A stretch of DNA of 64,000 nt from Camelus ferus (GCF_009834535.1 NC_045696.1:89220001-89284000); one strand, 5' to 3'. Positions 25,284-37,990 are shown, counted from the stretch's first letter. The notes: a model not told the origin generated them from the letters alone. Made by a program: numbers and translations.

Positions 25284-26379
25284 ACTAGGCTTGTTTTAAA
25301 AGCAGGCAGGACATGTTTCCCTTCTTGCTGGCTTGGTTGTTTCATAGTCTTGAATCTTTGTCCCAAGAAGGAGACAGTAACTAATGGTTTCCTTTTTTCC
25401 TTCTTAAGACTCACTGAAGTCACCCACAAGAACCAATAGACATGGTATGTAACTAACACACATTGTGTTCCTAACTATCATTCATGCTAAACAGAAAAAG
25501 AAAAAAAATCTCTTCATTGGCCATTTGATTTTTTAACTGGTTGAAGATATTGTAAAAAGAGCTGCTGAATGAGCTGCTGGGGGAGTGCTAGTTAAGTCCC
25601 ACCTGGAACTAAGTCATTTCAGATTGAATCACAAATGCAAATCTAGGTCTTCCTCTTTGAGTCTTGAACCTTCTGAGACCAGTGCATTCATCCGAGCTTT
25701 CCTTAGGGGAGGCTGGCAATCCAGACCCTGCTCTCTGGGGAACTTCCATTGCAGTGTGTTGCTGGGGGCTGTCTTAGTGCGGTGACTCAGGTCAGCGCGG
25801 CAGGAGGAGGAGCAGCTGATGCTTCGAAAGATCATTCCTTTGGCATTTCTACATAATCAGTATCAGCCTGTCTGCCCTCCTTGGACTTCTTGTTACCAGG
25901 GCAACACTGGACTGATTCTGGGCTGGCTGAGAGGGCGCTACCCTCCTGTGCCTTCCAAGAAGCTACCATCTTCCACCTTCACATTCTCTGTGGCCTCACG
26001 GTGCACCTGTTTCCCAAAGGACTCCTTCCTGAGCCCAGAAACACAACAAGAAACTCCCTCACTTGCCCTTGCCAAGGGATAAGCTTTTATGACTCCACTG
26101 TCGCTTCCCACCCCGATCACAGCACCGTCATGCTACTTGGAAACCCTCTCCCCATCCTCTCTCCAGCTCCTCCCAATCCCCTTGGCTATTCCCTTGCCAG
26201 CTCGCTGCCTCTCCTCCCACTCTGTCCTGTTCTCCGTGCCTTCCTGATCGTTCTCACGTTCACTCATTCTTTCCTTCCACAGCATCACTCTTTCCATGCT
26301 TTTGTAATGTCTTACGGCTGCTTTTTGTCCATTTATGACACACCGTAATTTTTTATTACTTCTTTTTCTCTGTGTTCCC

Positions 26380-26558
26380 ATAACACTTGGTTTGTATTTG
26401 TAATGTAACCCTCATCACAACATCCTATCCCCTCTGTGCCTGGATCCTTCTTGTCTAGAGTGAGTCCTTGTGGAGAGTTGGGACCTTCCTCGCTGTGTCC
26501 CTGGCACCTAGCACAGCCCCTGGTGCAGTAGGCCCTTAGTTTGTGGAATGAGTGAATA
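26380..26558 (+). mobile_element. L2 3' end
   Basis: CTGTGTCCCTGGCACCTAGCACAG..TTTGTGGAATGAGTGAA. Confidence 0.7.
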
Positions 26559-26639
26559 TCTCTGTTAATTCAAATCTTTACTTGTTGATCAAATTTGCTC
26601 TGGTGTTTATTTTTCCCCTGATTTCATGTGTCTAAAGAC

Positions 26640-27300
26640 TGTTTTTAACTTTTCCTTTTGAAATAGTTTTAGGCTTTCAAAATATTGGGAGAATAGTAGA
26701 AAAAAATTCTCAGACACTCTTTAATCAGACTCCCCAAATGTTAGTATCTTATGTAACTACAGTGCGATGATCAAGACCAGGGAGTCTACATCAATACAGT
26801 TTAATTCACCTACAGACCTTATTTAAATTATCAGGTGTCCCATTTTTGTTCCTTTTCTGAACCAGGATCCAAATCCAGGATCACACATGATACTAAGTTG
26901 CCAGATCTCCTTAGTCCCTTTAAATCTGGGACAGTTCCTCAGTCTTCGTTTTTCACGACCTTGACACTTTTGAAGGATGCTGGCCACTTACCTTGTAGCA
27001 TGTCCTTCAGACAGGATTTGTGCAATGTTTCCTCATGCTTATGTTCAGGGTTTGCATTTCTGCAAGAACAGCCTTTTTGCTGCACCCTGTCAGAGGGTGC
27101 ATGATGTCTACGCGTGCCGTTCATGATGTTGTGTGGATCAATTGGCTTAGATGGCTCTGGCAGGTTTCTCCACACTAAGGTTATTGTTTTCCCTGTGCAA
27201 TTAACAAGTAGCTTGTAGGTGTGTGTAAATATGCTGGTTGTCTCACACTTCAGTTCCCTGGTTTTAGAATCCTTGGACAGTTCTGATCTGCATGATTATT
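26640..27300 (-). mobile_element. L1MC-like 3' end
   Basis: CCAGGATCCAAATCCAGGATCACACAT..CCTTTAAATCTGGGACAGTTCCTCAGTC..GACCTTGACACTTTTGAAG. Confidence 0.8.
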
Positions 27301-29719
27301 ATATGATGGCTTTCTATTTCCAAGTTTTTAAATGGGGCTGGGGCAGCGGTTTGCCCATGGTGAACTGTGTAGGGCCCCACCCCAGGAGTGACTCTAGAAC
27401 TTTCTCTTAAATGAGGCCTGAGCGTTTCGTGTTATACTCTGGGTCACAGATCTCTCTGCACAGTTCCAGTCTCTGGACTGCTCCTTTTTCTTTTTTCCTC
27501 CCGTCCTGGAAATCTCCTATTTGTGGGTACAAAAAAGGCTCTCCTGATGGGTGGTGGTGTTCCTGATGAGACACCGAGAAGGGCTATCACAAGTAAATTG
27601 ATGACAACTTAATTATTAATTCATGCCCCTAAAGTACACACTGTGGAGATTAATGCTCCAAGCCAAAAGAGCCTTGGCTCACATTTTTAGAACCACCGCC
27701 TTAAAGGGCAGTTGCAGAGGCGAAGAGAGCAAGGTAGCACAGGACAAACCAAGACCCACTGTCTCTGGGGCAGCACCTCCCAATCCATCCTGAGCTACGT
27801 CATGATGCTGATGACCTGGATGACCTTGGGGATCTTTTCTGAAGCCTTCAGGCACAATTACTGAGTTTGGGGGAGGGGTTGGAGGCTGCATAAAATTAAG
27901 AAGTGCTAAAACTGTGGCTCCTTCACAGAATGCCTGTCGGCTTCCATTAGTCCCTAAAGTACAGACTGTTATTATCTACAAAAAATTCTCCATCCATAGA
28001 CAGTATGTCTGAGGAAAGAAAATCTTTCCTTTGCCACATTTGCCATAGTGAGTTTTCAGTGTGACCAAATTTAGGTTAATTATTCTCTGGTCAGAGAAGT
28101 CAGGGTAGTGCAAATCCTCATGCTTTTAGGGGATTGCAAAGCAGGCCACCAGGATTCCTAGTGGCACGAGGACTCTTTGGGATAAACGGGTAAGTGGGCA
28201 TTGGGACTTACAGTCAGCATTGAGATGAAGAAAAATAAATAATGGCTGCCTGAGCCCAGGGGTCCTTAGGAGATGGAGGAGAGTGGAGAATGCCACTGAA
28301 GCAAGAGACAGTCAAAGATACAGCCTTGTTTCTAGACTTCGTTTTGGTGTTGGAGAAGGAGTCTCTCAACTAAACTACACACCACCCCTCCCAACCAGGG
28401 AATCGCAAAGGGGAACAATCAAGAGCAAAAGGCTGGGGTTTGGCTGAAAGACACGCAATACTTGGGGCAGCCTGGCTTCCTCCACTGTGGAGTGCTGTTG
28501 GCACCTGCTGAGGGTGGAGTGTGTCCTCTGGCACCTCTAGGTGACATGGCAGGAGCTGGTGGCAGCCCTGGGGTGACAGTTATGGGAGCAGGAAGAGTGA
28601 GAGTTCCAGTCACAAATGGGGTCGGCCTGGAGACCAGTCCCTGCTGAGGTTAGATCTTACGTCTGTGATTTTCCCCCATGCCTGGTCTAGCCCCGGGACA
28701 CAAAGACCACATTCACGAAGAAATTACAAGCCAGAGCTATTTCTTCTTTTTCTGGAATTCCTTAATAGTGATCATAATATTTTTTGTGCTATGTAAGAAA
28801 AAAGTCTTCCATAGGGTGGGAACAGGGAAATCTTTATGTTGAAGTGGCCATCCCAAGTGAATTTTTCAGAACCCTCTAATAATGAACAGCTTACTCTGCG
28901 ATAGCACAAAAGCTATTTGTCATGAGAACCGTGTTCTAAACAGAGGCCTTCTTTAGAGCCATAGGACTGAGGCTGGTCTTTGGTCACTCATAGATGCCTT
29001 TGGTCAGCAGTGGAAGATGCCCTTTCTGTCAGCTCTGTCCAAAGGGATGGCACCACCTAGGAATGAACACTCCTTTCTCTTGTTTATCAATAGAGTCTCA
29101 GGGACAAAGGTCTCATTTCACAGCTCTGAGCTTCAAGTTGACAGGGTCCCTTTAAGGCTTGGCTTCACCCGGCTGGGTTCTCAGAAAGAGTGGCCACAGG
29201 GGACACTTGGACTTCATATCACCATTGGGCACAGTGAAGCTGAAATAACCAGGGCACAGATGGGATACTCAGCTGGGCACTTGTCATGGGGAAGAGCATG
29301 GGGAAGTACCATCCTTGTCCGTCACTGAGCGTCATGGACCCAGGGGCATAGAGCTACACAAAGGCCATGTCCCAGAGCAGTTGTTGGCAGGGATTCTCAC
29401 AGTGCTGCAGGGAATGTTTTGTTCAGACTCTCTGTGAATTTGATCAGGCAGGTCTGTCTACAGACATGGCCTCCCTTTGAGACCATTTGATTTGGAAGGG
29501 TACTTATAGAGTCTTGAGAGACCTGGGCTGGAAGGAGGGGGAGTGACTGAGCCCCTGTCAAGGTTGCGTTTTTGTTTTTTTTTAAATTATATTAATATTG
29601 TTGTTTCCTGCACAGGAACTGTGAATCACAGAATCCCAAGGGATCCATTCTCTTCTGAAATGCCCTGGGAACACATGGGGAAGAAAAGACAGAGCAAAAC
29701 AGCTTTTCACTTAAGGTTA

Positions 29720-30205
29720 GTCATTCATTCATTCATTCATTCAACTAATCACATATTGTTCAGTGAATATTTATCGAGTGTAGGAAGTGACAGGCACTGT
29801 GCTGGGTGTCAGGAATGACAGCAGTGAACTAGACAGGTGAGGTCCCTGCCCTTGGGGAGCTATTTAGTAAAATATATTCTAGATATTAAGTATTATAAGG
29901 GAAAGAAGGCAGGTTATTGCAGGAGAAAGTGCTTGGGGCTTGGGGAGGGCTGCCTTACGTAGGGAGGTTCTTGCTGATCTGAATTGCAGGATGGAGCCCA
30001 TCATGTGAAGAACTGGGATTATCTCATGTAAAGCCCCTGTGGGAGGACTGTGTTTGAAGAACAGAAAGAAGGCTGGTAGGGCAGAGCTTAGAAAGCAGGT
30101 GTAGGGTGGGCTGGGACGATGGGTCCAGGCGAGATCAGAGCAGCAGCAGAGGCAGAGTCACGGAGGGCCTTGAAGGCCATAGCCCAGAGTTTGAGTTTTG
30201 TTCTT
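29720..30205 (-). mobile_element. L2 3' end
   Basis: (TCAT)n tail, CAGGCACTGTGCTGGGTG and GTCCCTGCCCTTGGGGAGCT. Confidence 0.85.
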
Positions 30206-30340
30206 CTGATGTCATCCAGGCCAGTCTTTAAAAATTGTCTTCCCTAGAGAACTTGGTTTCAACCAAAATCTAAGTAAGCAGCAGAGAGAGCTGCAGCCTC
30301 CTTCAAACCAATATACCTCCCTCTGTTTGTCAGTTTCACC

Positions 30341-30345
30341 TGCGT

Positions 30346-30384
<39 letters not shown>
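30341..30384. repeat. (TG)n microsatellite with TGCG interruptions
   Basis: Seen directly. Confidence 0.95.
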
Positions 30385-30386
<2 letters not shown>

Positions 30387-30412
30387 ATTTAGCCTCTCAA
30401 AGTTTTCAAAGT

Positions 30413-31051
30413 TGCAGTAGATGAAAGATGGCCAGAAATTCTTTCACTTTCCCATTAAGAGGTGCAGTTTATTTACCCTGCTCTTGAGTCTGGCCTGGCC
30501 CTGTGATGGCTTTAATCAGAGTGTGGCAGTGGCCGGAAGAGGGTATAGCTCAGTGGTAGAGTGCATGCTTAGCATGCATGCACGAGGTCCTGGGTTCAAT
30601 CCCCAGTGCCTCCATTAAAACAAACAAACAAACAAATAAATGATAAACTACCTCCCCCAAAAGAAGTGATGGAAGTGATGCTGCACCAGCCTTTAAGAGG
30701 ATGGCAGCTTCCACCTCCCCCTTGACAAGCAGGCTCTTGGAGCCTCAGCCACCATCTAAGAAGTGCCCCCTTGCTGAAGAGACCACATGGCAGAGAGGCA
30801 ACCAGAGGCACGGACACTCCCCCCACCCCTACCCCACCCCCGCATCCGGCCGGCCCCCAGCTGCCTGAGCCATTCTAGCAGACAAGAAGACGCCCTCTGG
30901 GAAGTTCCGTCTCCAGCAGACATCCCGTGGAGCAGGGACAAGCCCATCCCACTTGCCTTGTCGTGGACCTCAGAATTCTGTTTAAAATGAATGTTATTTT
31001 ATTCCACTATGCTTTCCTATAGCTTGTTACACAACAGGAGAACACTGAAGC
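30413..31051 (+). mobile_element. MaLR LTR (MLT1F/G/H-like), interrupted by a SINE
   Basis: AAGATGGCCAGAAATTC..CTTGAGTCTGGCCTGGCCCTGTGA..GCAGCTTCCAC..GAGACCACATGG..TTGTTACACAACA. Confidence 0.75.
30534..30663 (+). mobile_element. Camelid tRNA-Ala-derived SINE
   Basis: GGGTATAGCTCAGTGGTAGAGTGCATGCTTAGCATGCATGCACGAGGTCCTGGGTTCAATCCCCAGTGCCTCC plus tail. Confidence 0.93.
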
Positions 31052-32749
31052 AAAAGTTTAAACAAAGAATTTGCAAATCACTCCTCTGAGCAGAATCAGT
31101 GGTTTTACAAGGATCTCGGAGAGCTTATTTATCTCCCCAGGAGGGAAAGAGTGGAGGACAGTGATCAGGGCAAGGACTTTGGAGTAAGACATCATGAGGT
31201 TGAGCTGTGACGTAACTTAGCTTCTTTATTTCTAAAATACAAATAATAATAATACATGCTTTGGAGGTTTAATGTGAGACTTGAAAATCAGACACTCTCT
31301 GTTAAGACCGTGGCACGTAACAAGGGCACAACGAATTATAACTATTGTGTGGCTGCCAGGGCCCTTCCCATGAGGGGGCGCACGGCAGGCTGCCTGGGTT
31401 GGGAACCTGCTTGGTGGGGCCAGGGCTGTGTCACGGCCAGAACCCACGTGAGATCACCATGCAGGCAGCAGCAAGAGCAGGGGCTGTATCCAAACCTACT
31501 GTCGGATTTCCTTATATGTTACTATGTGCCTTGGACACAGTATTTCATAACATTGAATGAGTATTAGAACATTTTTTCCTTCTCAATTCTCTATCCATCC
31601 TGATAAAGTCAAAACACAAGTTCTCCTATATCTTTCACACCTCCTGTGACACTTGCTAATCTATCTTCTTCTTTTTTTTTCATTTTAGCAGAGAGAAGTA
31701 AGGAAACACATAATCTTAAGTGCAGCGCATTTGGCAGGCAACAGTGTCTGGACTAACATTGATACCATTGTTTGGTTTTCATTGTATTTATTTTTTTGTC
31801 CGTTACTAGTTTCCTTTTTTTTTTTTCCAGCCTTGACATAAAGATTTCCTTGAAAATAAAGGAAGAACAGTGAGTCAGCTTCAAGTGGAATATGAGATAA
31901 GAAATCATACAAGTGGTGTAAGATGCAGTAAAGATTGCGATGATAGTATGCAGATGACCGTTGCAGATGCCGCTGCAGTGAATGTCCCCCAGCTTTGTCG
32001 TGGCCCTACTTTGGGTTGCTGCAGCCAAGAAAAGCTGATAAACTCTTTGCATGGCTGGACCGCCCCGAGGCCACCTCTGAGGCCCAGGCACACCACAGCC
32101 CTCCAGAACCGGAGGTAGCAGCCCCGGCTGGCAGGAGAGGACGGCAGCTTCATGGCTGAAGCACTAACACAGAGTCAGCTCCGGGCATCCAGGCGGCGGT
32201 CTCCTGGTTTCTGAGACCCCCTAAGAGCCATGCCGGCCCACGAGCCACCGCACCTGCCCCAGGACGGCTGCCCGGGCAGTTCTGTTGGCTCAGCTCTCTC
32301 TGACCTTCCCCGTCTGCGGCTCTCGCCTCCCTAATGTGCTCAGCACTTTTAGCTGTTCTGTGATAGTCTCAGAGGGCACGGCGATGAGAGCTTTGCTGAA
32401 AATGTGCATCTTCTGCAGAAAAGGGCCACAGAACACTTAAGAGAGGAAAAGGACAGAAAGATCAAAGTGGTTTTGGAACAGAAGAGGGAAGGAAGGACTA
32501 TAAAATTTGAATGAAGTGCCTGGAGAAAAAAGAAGCAGGAGAAGGGAGATGGCTTTGTTCAGTAGTTAGAGCTAAGAGGGGAGGCATGGCAAGAACAAGG
32601 ACGGGCGCCCTTTAAACTCCAGGCCACTTAAAAATAAGAAATATTAATGTCATGCTGATCCAAGCATCAAAACCCACCACGGTGTTGATCTGGGACAGTG
32701 AGTGGACTGTAGCCATTCTGTCCATGACACAGTGTTTCCACGGCTCCCG

Positions 32750-33110
32750 TGTACCCCTAGGCATCTGCTCCCGTGTCACCTCCTCAGTGAGGCATTCCAG
32801 GATCACACCATCTAAAACAGTGCTCCCCTCGCTAGCTCTGATCCCCTGCATTTTTCCTCAGCACACTTGCCACTTCATGGAATTTTATTTGGTCGTTTAT
32901 TTACTGTCATTCTTTCCCCTTTAGATAGTAACTCCACAAGGCAGGACTCTGCCTGTCACTTTGTGTCCCCTGCCCCACTGGCACAGAGAACGCATCCAAC
33001 AAGTATATGTTGGGAGAATGAATTCAACCAGTTTAGCTTTATGAATATGTGCAGGACAATACTAGGGATAAAAGATGAGTCAGACATGATTTTTTGCCTT
33101 TGAGAAGCTG
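32750..33110. mobile_element. Two L2 3' fragments, tail to tail
   Basis: Plus-strand GTCACCTCCTCAGTGAGGC..AACTCCACAAGGCAGG..TGTTGGGAGAATGAA, then an antisense L2 tail. Confidence 0.65.
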
Positions 33111-33129
33111 TCTAATAATGATGACAGTC

Positions 33130-33370
33130 ACTGCCAGTGTTAGAGTGCTCACTGCATCCTAAGTGTCTTTGTGTTGCTTTGCCTTAAGAACCAGAGGTGA
33201 TGCAAGCACACTTAAGAGCAGGTACTGTGCACACTGACCTGCCAGCACCGTGAACTGGCACTCAGAGGTATTAGATAATGTTGTCAAGGTCTGAGACCTA
33301 GGAAACAGCAGAGCCAAAATTTGAATGAAAGTGTGGCTGACTCCAACCCACATTCTCTAAACCTCACTGC
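33130..33370 (-). mobile_element. MIR SINE fragment
   Basis: GAACTGGCACTCAGAGG..GTCAAGGTC..GCAGAGCCAAAATTTGAA..GGCTGACTCCAA. Confidence 0.55.
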
Positions 33371-33838
33371 AGGAGGACTTATAGCCCTACTGGTAGATAT
33401 GTATTGGGCACTGACTGTGTGCACAGAAGTCACACGATCGCTGTTGTCAGAGACCACAGGCCTCACGGGGGAGCTGAGGACTTTGGGCCCAGACTGCCCT
33501 GGGGAGCCAGCCAGCCTCTCCCCCTCCACCATTTTAGCTCCAACAGGTGGGAAGGCCAAAGTCCATACAAACAGAAAGAAGTGAGAAGGACAAGGGAGGA
33601 GGGGAGGGCTGGGCAAACAGGCAGCCCTGAGGCTGTTTGCAGAAGTTGAGGGAGCAAGCAGAGAGAGACTGGGTCCTTGGATGGCCCGCTATTCTCTGTA
33701 GAGCCATCCCTCTGCTCGCCCCTGTAGGTCACCTCCACCTGAGGGAGTCTGGCCCGGGCTGGCAGCAGGTGGAGATCTCCAGCAGAGCTTTGCCCTGGCC
33801 CAGAAGCACAGTTTCTATCTCAGGCGATGGCTGATACA

Positions 33839-34404
33839 CAGGGAATAGAGCCAATACTTTCTAACTATAAATGGAAAGTAACCTTTAAAAATTGTATTAA
33901 AATTTTTTAAGTTAAAAAAAATAAGGCAAATTTGGTGCAACATGGATGGACCTGGAGATCATCATCATAAGTAAAGTAAGCCAGAAAGAGGAAGAAAAAT
34001 ACCATATGATATCACTCAGATGTGGAATCTAAAAAAAAATGACACAAATTAACTTATTTACAAAACAGAGACAGACTCACACAGAAAACATACGTATGGT
34101 TACTAGGGGGGAGGAGGGTGGGAAGGGATAAAGCAGGAGTTCTAGATTTCAGACACTACTATGTATAAAATACATAAACAACCAGTTTCTACTGTATAGC
34201 ACATGGAACTATATTCAATATCTTGTCTTAATCTATAACAAAAAGAATATGAAAAGAATATATGTATGTAGTTGTATAACTGAAACATTATGCTGTACAC
34301 CAGAAACTGACACAGTGTTTTATTAAACAGACTATGCTTCAATTAAATAAATAAATAAAATAAGGCAAAAAAAAAAAAAAGGTCTTTAAGTTTAGGAAAT
34401 AAAT
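33839..34404 (+). mobile_element. Nested L1 3' ends: a younger L1 (33931-34356) inside the A-tail of an older short L1
   Basis: Outer TSD GATGGCTGATACA (33826, 34405); inner TSD AAAATAAGGCAAA (33918, 34357). Confidence 0.88.
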
Positions 34405-34989
34405 GATGGCTGATACAAACAGTATCACCATAGTCAAAGGAAACTTGGGACCCGAGCTGCCTGCTACCTACCGTCAGTGCACGTGCTCCCGCCGTTTCAT
34501 GGTTAGCGGAAAGAGAGTGCTGCTTCCTTTTTATATCTTTCTTTTGCTGCGGTGGTCTTAGGGTCACATTTTCAAGTTCATAGTTACATGATGGAGGACA
34601 GCTTCTGAGCAGCCACAACAGCAACAACAGTGAACTTCATGTTAGATGAAACCACTGAGTGCTCAGGCTGATCTGCTGCAGCAGCTCCGTGTTAGTTACC
34701 TGGACTAATTCTGCCTCCCAGCACCTGCTGCACTTCCTGCTGAGTCTGTACAAATTACTGCTAACAATAGTATCTGTAGGACCCTTTCAGTAGGAACAGT
34801 GTTTGACTCAAACTTCCATGGGCTTGGTTTATGGCACATTTTTATCTTGGCATTGCTTCTGGGAAAGTAATGATGATAGAACTAAATCTGTGTTTCTATC
34901 CCCTCAGTGATGTGGCATGAAACTATTCGGTAGCTTCCAAACGTATCCCTATAGATTCTAAATACTATCTGGGTAAGCAGATATTTTTG

Positions 34990-35135
34990 TATTTACCCTG
35001 CTAGGTAGATATTATTGCCCCCAAGTTCCAGGAGGAGATTGAGGCTCAGGAAGATCACTTAACTTGTTCACAGTCACATGGCTACTGAGCAGTGGAGCTG
35101 GGGTTGTAACCTGGGAACTGATTCCAAAGCTGATT
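34990..35135 (-). mobile_element. MIR SINE
   Basis: AGGTAGATATTATTGCCCC..GAGATTGAGGCTCAG..AACTTGTTCACAGTCACATGGCT. Confidence 0.75.
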
Positions 35136-36299
35136 CTGCAGCGCCCTGCTGCCTTGACTGACAGGTGGCCCCTATTTAATTCACTGTAAGAGACAGTTCA
35201 CAGAAGGAGAATACTCAGTTATTAACCTCAAGGAGAGGAGGGACCAGATTAGATCACTAGGTGAACCAAGGTAAGATAGTTAAAAAGCAGTGTTCGAACA
35301 CACCAGTGTGAATGAAGCCTTGAAAATATTGCAGGCTTCCTGAAAAGGGGAGGGATAGAAGTCTGACTGACAGCACAGGCTTCCAAAGCCTAGAGAGTTG
35401 AGGGACGCAGAGAAGGACAGATAAGGTCTGAGGTGAGAGGATGAAGGAAGGATCTATACAAGAGAGCATCCTCACAAGGACTGGAGGGGGAATCAGCCTG
35501 GGGCATCGGGGGGACAAAGAGAAAACCAGCTGGGCAACATGTAGGCTGTGTGGAGATGAGTGGGGTGGAAGCCAGGGGACGGGTGGCCATGGAAGGCCTG
35601 GCTGAGGAGTTTGCTCTTGACCCTGAGGCAGGGCAGAGCCAGGAAAATGACAAGGAAAGAATCAGTTGTTTGAGGAAGATTTGGAATGTTGAGTTTCCTT
35701 TAAAAGTGGAATTGATCTGCAGGCGGTGAAAGGTACAAGGATTTGACTCATGAAAAATGAAGATCTAGAATATCGATGGGAAGACGTCTGAAGTCACAGT
35801 CAGCTCTCCTTCCTGACTGGCAGGCACCCCTTCATTAACATTCCCTCTCCTATTTTGAGTATGCATGTACTACTTAGCTTATGTGGACTGAAGATCCAGA
35901 GAGCTGTCCTCTGCCCCTTTATCTGGAGTCCTTATATCTCTCTGGCCGACTTCATCTGCAACATGCCAGTGTTGGATCAGACAGTCTCTGGAAGTCAGCT
36001 ATGGTGACAACGAGCTCTTAATTTATGTCTACGCTGTTCTACTTTTCATAAAACCATTCTGTTTCTTTTTTTTTTTCTTGGATGTTGTCTTGGGGGATGT
36101 AATCCAACTTCCTTTTTGGGGTCTTTGGTTATCAGGGAACATAAAATATCTGACCTACTTTTTAGGGGGCCTGACTGCTTGTTCTTGTGTTTTGGCCAAA
36201 ACCTCATGGCTCGGGGAGCACAGTTCCCTTCAGCTGCCACATGTGAAGATCCGATTTGGAGGAACCTAGTAGACAGAAATGTTCAAAAATCACCTCTTT

Positions 36300-36486
36300 C
36301 AACACATATTGAAATGTTTATGGATAAAATGATAGACTACCTGGGAAGTGGGTAAGGTATGGATGAAACCAGATTGGCTACAACCTAGTCATTGTTGAAG
36401 ATGGGTGATAGCGCATGGGGTTTCACTGAACTCTCCTGACTGCTTTGTATACATTTACAATTTTTCCATCATAAAAAGTTGAAAAA
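36300..36486 (+). mobile_element. Old L1M 3' terminus
   Basis: ATTGTTGAAGATGGGTGATAG..CATGGGGTTTCA..TTTTCCATCATAAAAAGTT. Confidence 0.7.
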
Positions 36487-36712
36487 TTTGCAGATGCTGA
36501 CTGGTATATGTAAAATAGACAAACAAGTTTAAACTGTATAGCACAGGGAACTATATTCAATATCTTGCAGTGGCTTATGGTGAAAAATAATACAAAAATG
36601 AATATATGTATATTCATGTATGACCGAAGCATTATGCTGTACACCAGAAACTGACACAACATTGTAAACTGACTACACGTCCATAAAAAAGAAGAAGAAG
36701 AAGAAGAAGAAG
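36487..36712 (+). mobile_element. Young L1 3' end with (GAA)n tail
   Basis: GTATAGCACAGGGAACTATATTCAATATCTTG..ACACCAGAAACTGACACAAC, then (GAA)7. Confidence 0.9.
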
Positions 36713-37171
36713 GTCACAGGAGCAGCAGCCAGTCTTGGGCTGGACAGAGAATGCTAACCTAAGAGAAAAGTATCTTTAATTTCTACACTGATTAAATTAC
36801 ACCCAACTGCAAGAGATTTAAAAAAAAAAGTTAAAAAAGAAGCACACATACTTCTTTGTTTCACGTTGCAGCCTCCAGAAAGCCAAATGATCGAATATCC
36901 ACAAAGCAGTATTCCAAAGCAACCCTGAGACGTGGGAAAGTAAAGTTGATACAACAAAATCATTTACTGGGCATGGAAGAGTCTCTCTGAGGACACTGGT
37001 CTGGGATGACTTGTTGACAAGAACATCTCCCTTTATCGTGAGCTGTTACCTTCCTGTCTGCTTGAAGACTCCGCCTGCCATTTTTCCTTTCCTTTCTGTT
37101 TCTTTGTTTGTAAGTTAACTTTCTCCATGGGCAAAGGAACCATAAAGGAAGGATGGCAGAACCCTCCAAAG

Positions 37172-37420
37172 CAGTGGTTTTCCTTTTTTTCCAACCATAA
37201 CTCGAGAGTAAAAAATATACTTTTGATTATCGCGTACAAACACAACTGACATGTAGGTTTCACAAAACAACACCCTTTACTTGGTGGGATATATTCTGAT
37301 ATTTTCTGTTCTGCTCTAGTCCAGTCTAGTCTATTCCAATATTTGAAAAGGCTGTTATGATCCACTAAATTGATTTCAGGATCACTAACGGGTTGCAGCC
37401 TGCAGTTAAAAAAAAAATGA
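37172..37420. mobile_element. hAT-Charlie non-autonomous element (Charlie4-like)
   Basis: CAGTGGTTTTCC start and terminal CCACTAAATTGATTTCA..CACTAACGGGTTGCAGCCTGCAGTT. Confidence 0.6.
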
Positions 37421-37779
37421 TTAGTGAAAGATACACTGGGCAGGAAACTTAACATTTAAAACATCTGGCCTGGGGTTGAAGTCATAGACATCTGGATTTC
37501 ATTTATATCTGACAGTGGAAAAGGCCTCCACACTTTCTTTAAGTGGGTGGAAGGTCAGACCTACAATGCTTGCCAAGGATTGACTAAAGTATTAAATTTC
37601 AGCAGATGTGTTAATTGATGTACCCATCAACAGTGAGCGATCACAGCCGCGCACAGGCTTGAGATGGGGCTTTGGCTGAAATGGGCTTGGCCACATGCCA
37701 TCTTGCAGTTTTACAGTGGTAAAAGGGGGTAGCCTTGTTCTTCACACCCCACTGTGGCTGTTGCTCAGAGGAGACACCA

Positions 37780-37990
37780 TACAATGGTGTAAGGCTGTGC
37801 GTGTCCCTTGGAAACAGACAGACTTGAATTTGGACCCCCACCAACTACTAACTATGTGACTTTAGACACATGATTAACCTCTCTGAGTCTGTTTTTCTCA
37901 TCACAACAAGGATGATGCTGCTGTATTAAATGAGATGATATATAGCCCGGAACCTAACATGAGGACAAACCCTCAACAAATGTTGTTAAG
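37780..37990 (+). mobile_element. MIR SINE
   Basis: ACTAACTATGTGACTTTAGACA..TTAACCTCTCTGAGTCTGTTTTCTCATC..ATTAAATGAGATGATA. Confidence 0.8.

Noticed and set aside
30540..30615. Apparent tRNA-Ala(AGC) gene (also 7563-7622 and the other copies)
   Set aside because: Indels in the anticodon arm, SINE-specific tails, poly(A)/TSDs and 11 dispersed copies mark these as SINEs, not tRNA genes.
31880..31990. Faint similarity of the minus-strand peptide to KDEL receptor (CxGI..FTAxY..TCM)
   Set aside because: Needs large gaps and nothing else aligns; likely chance.
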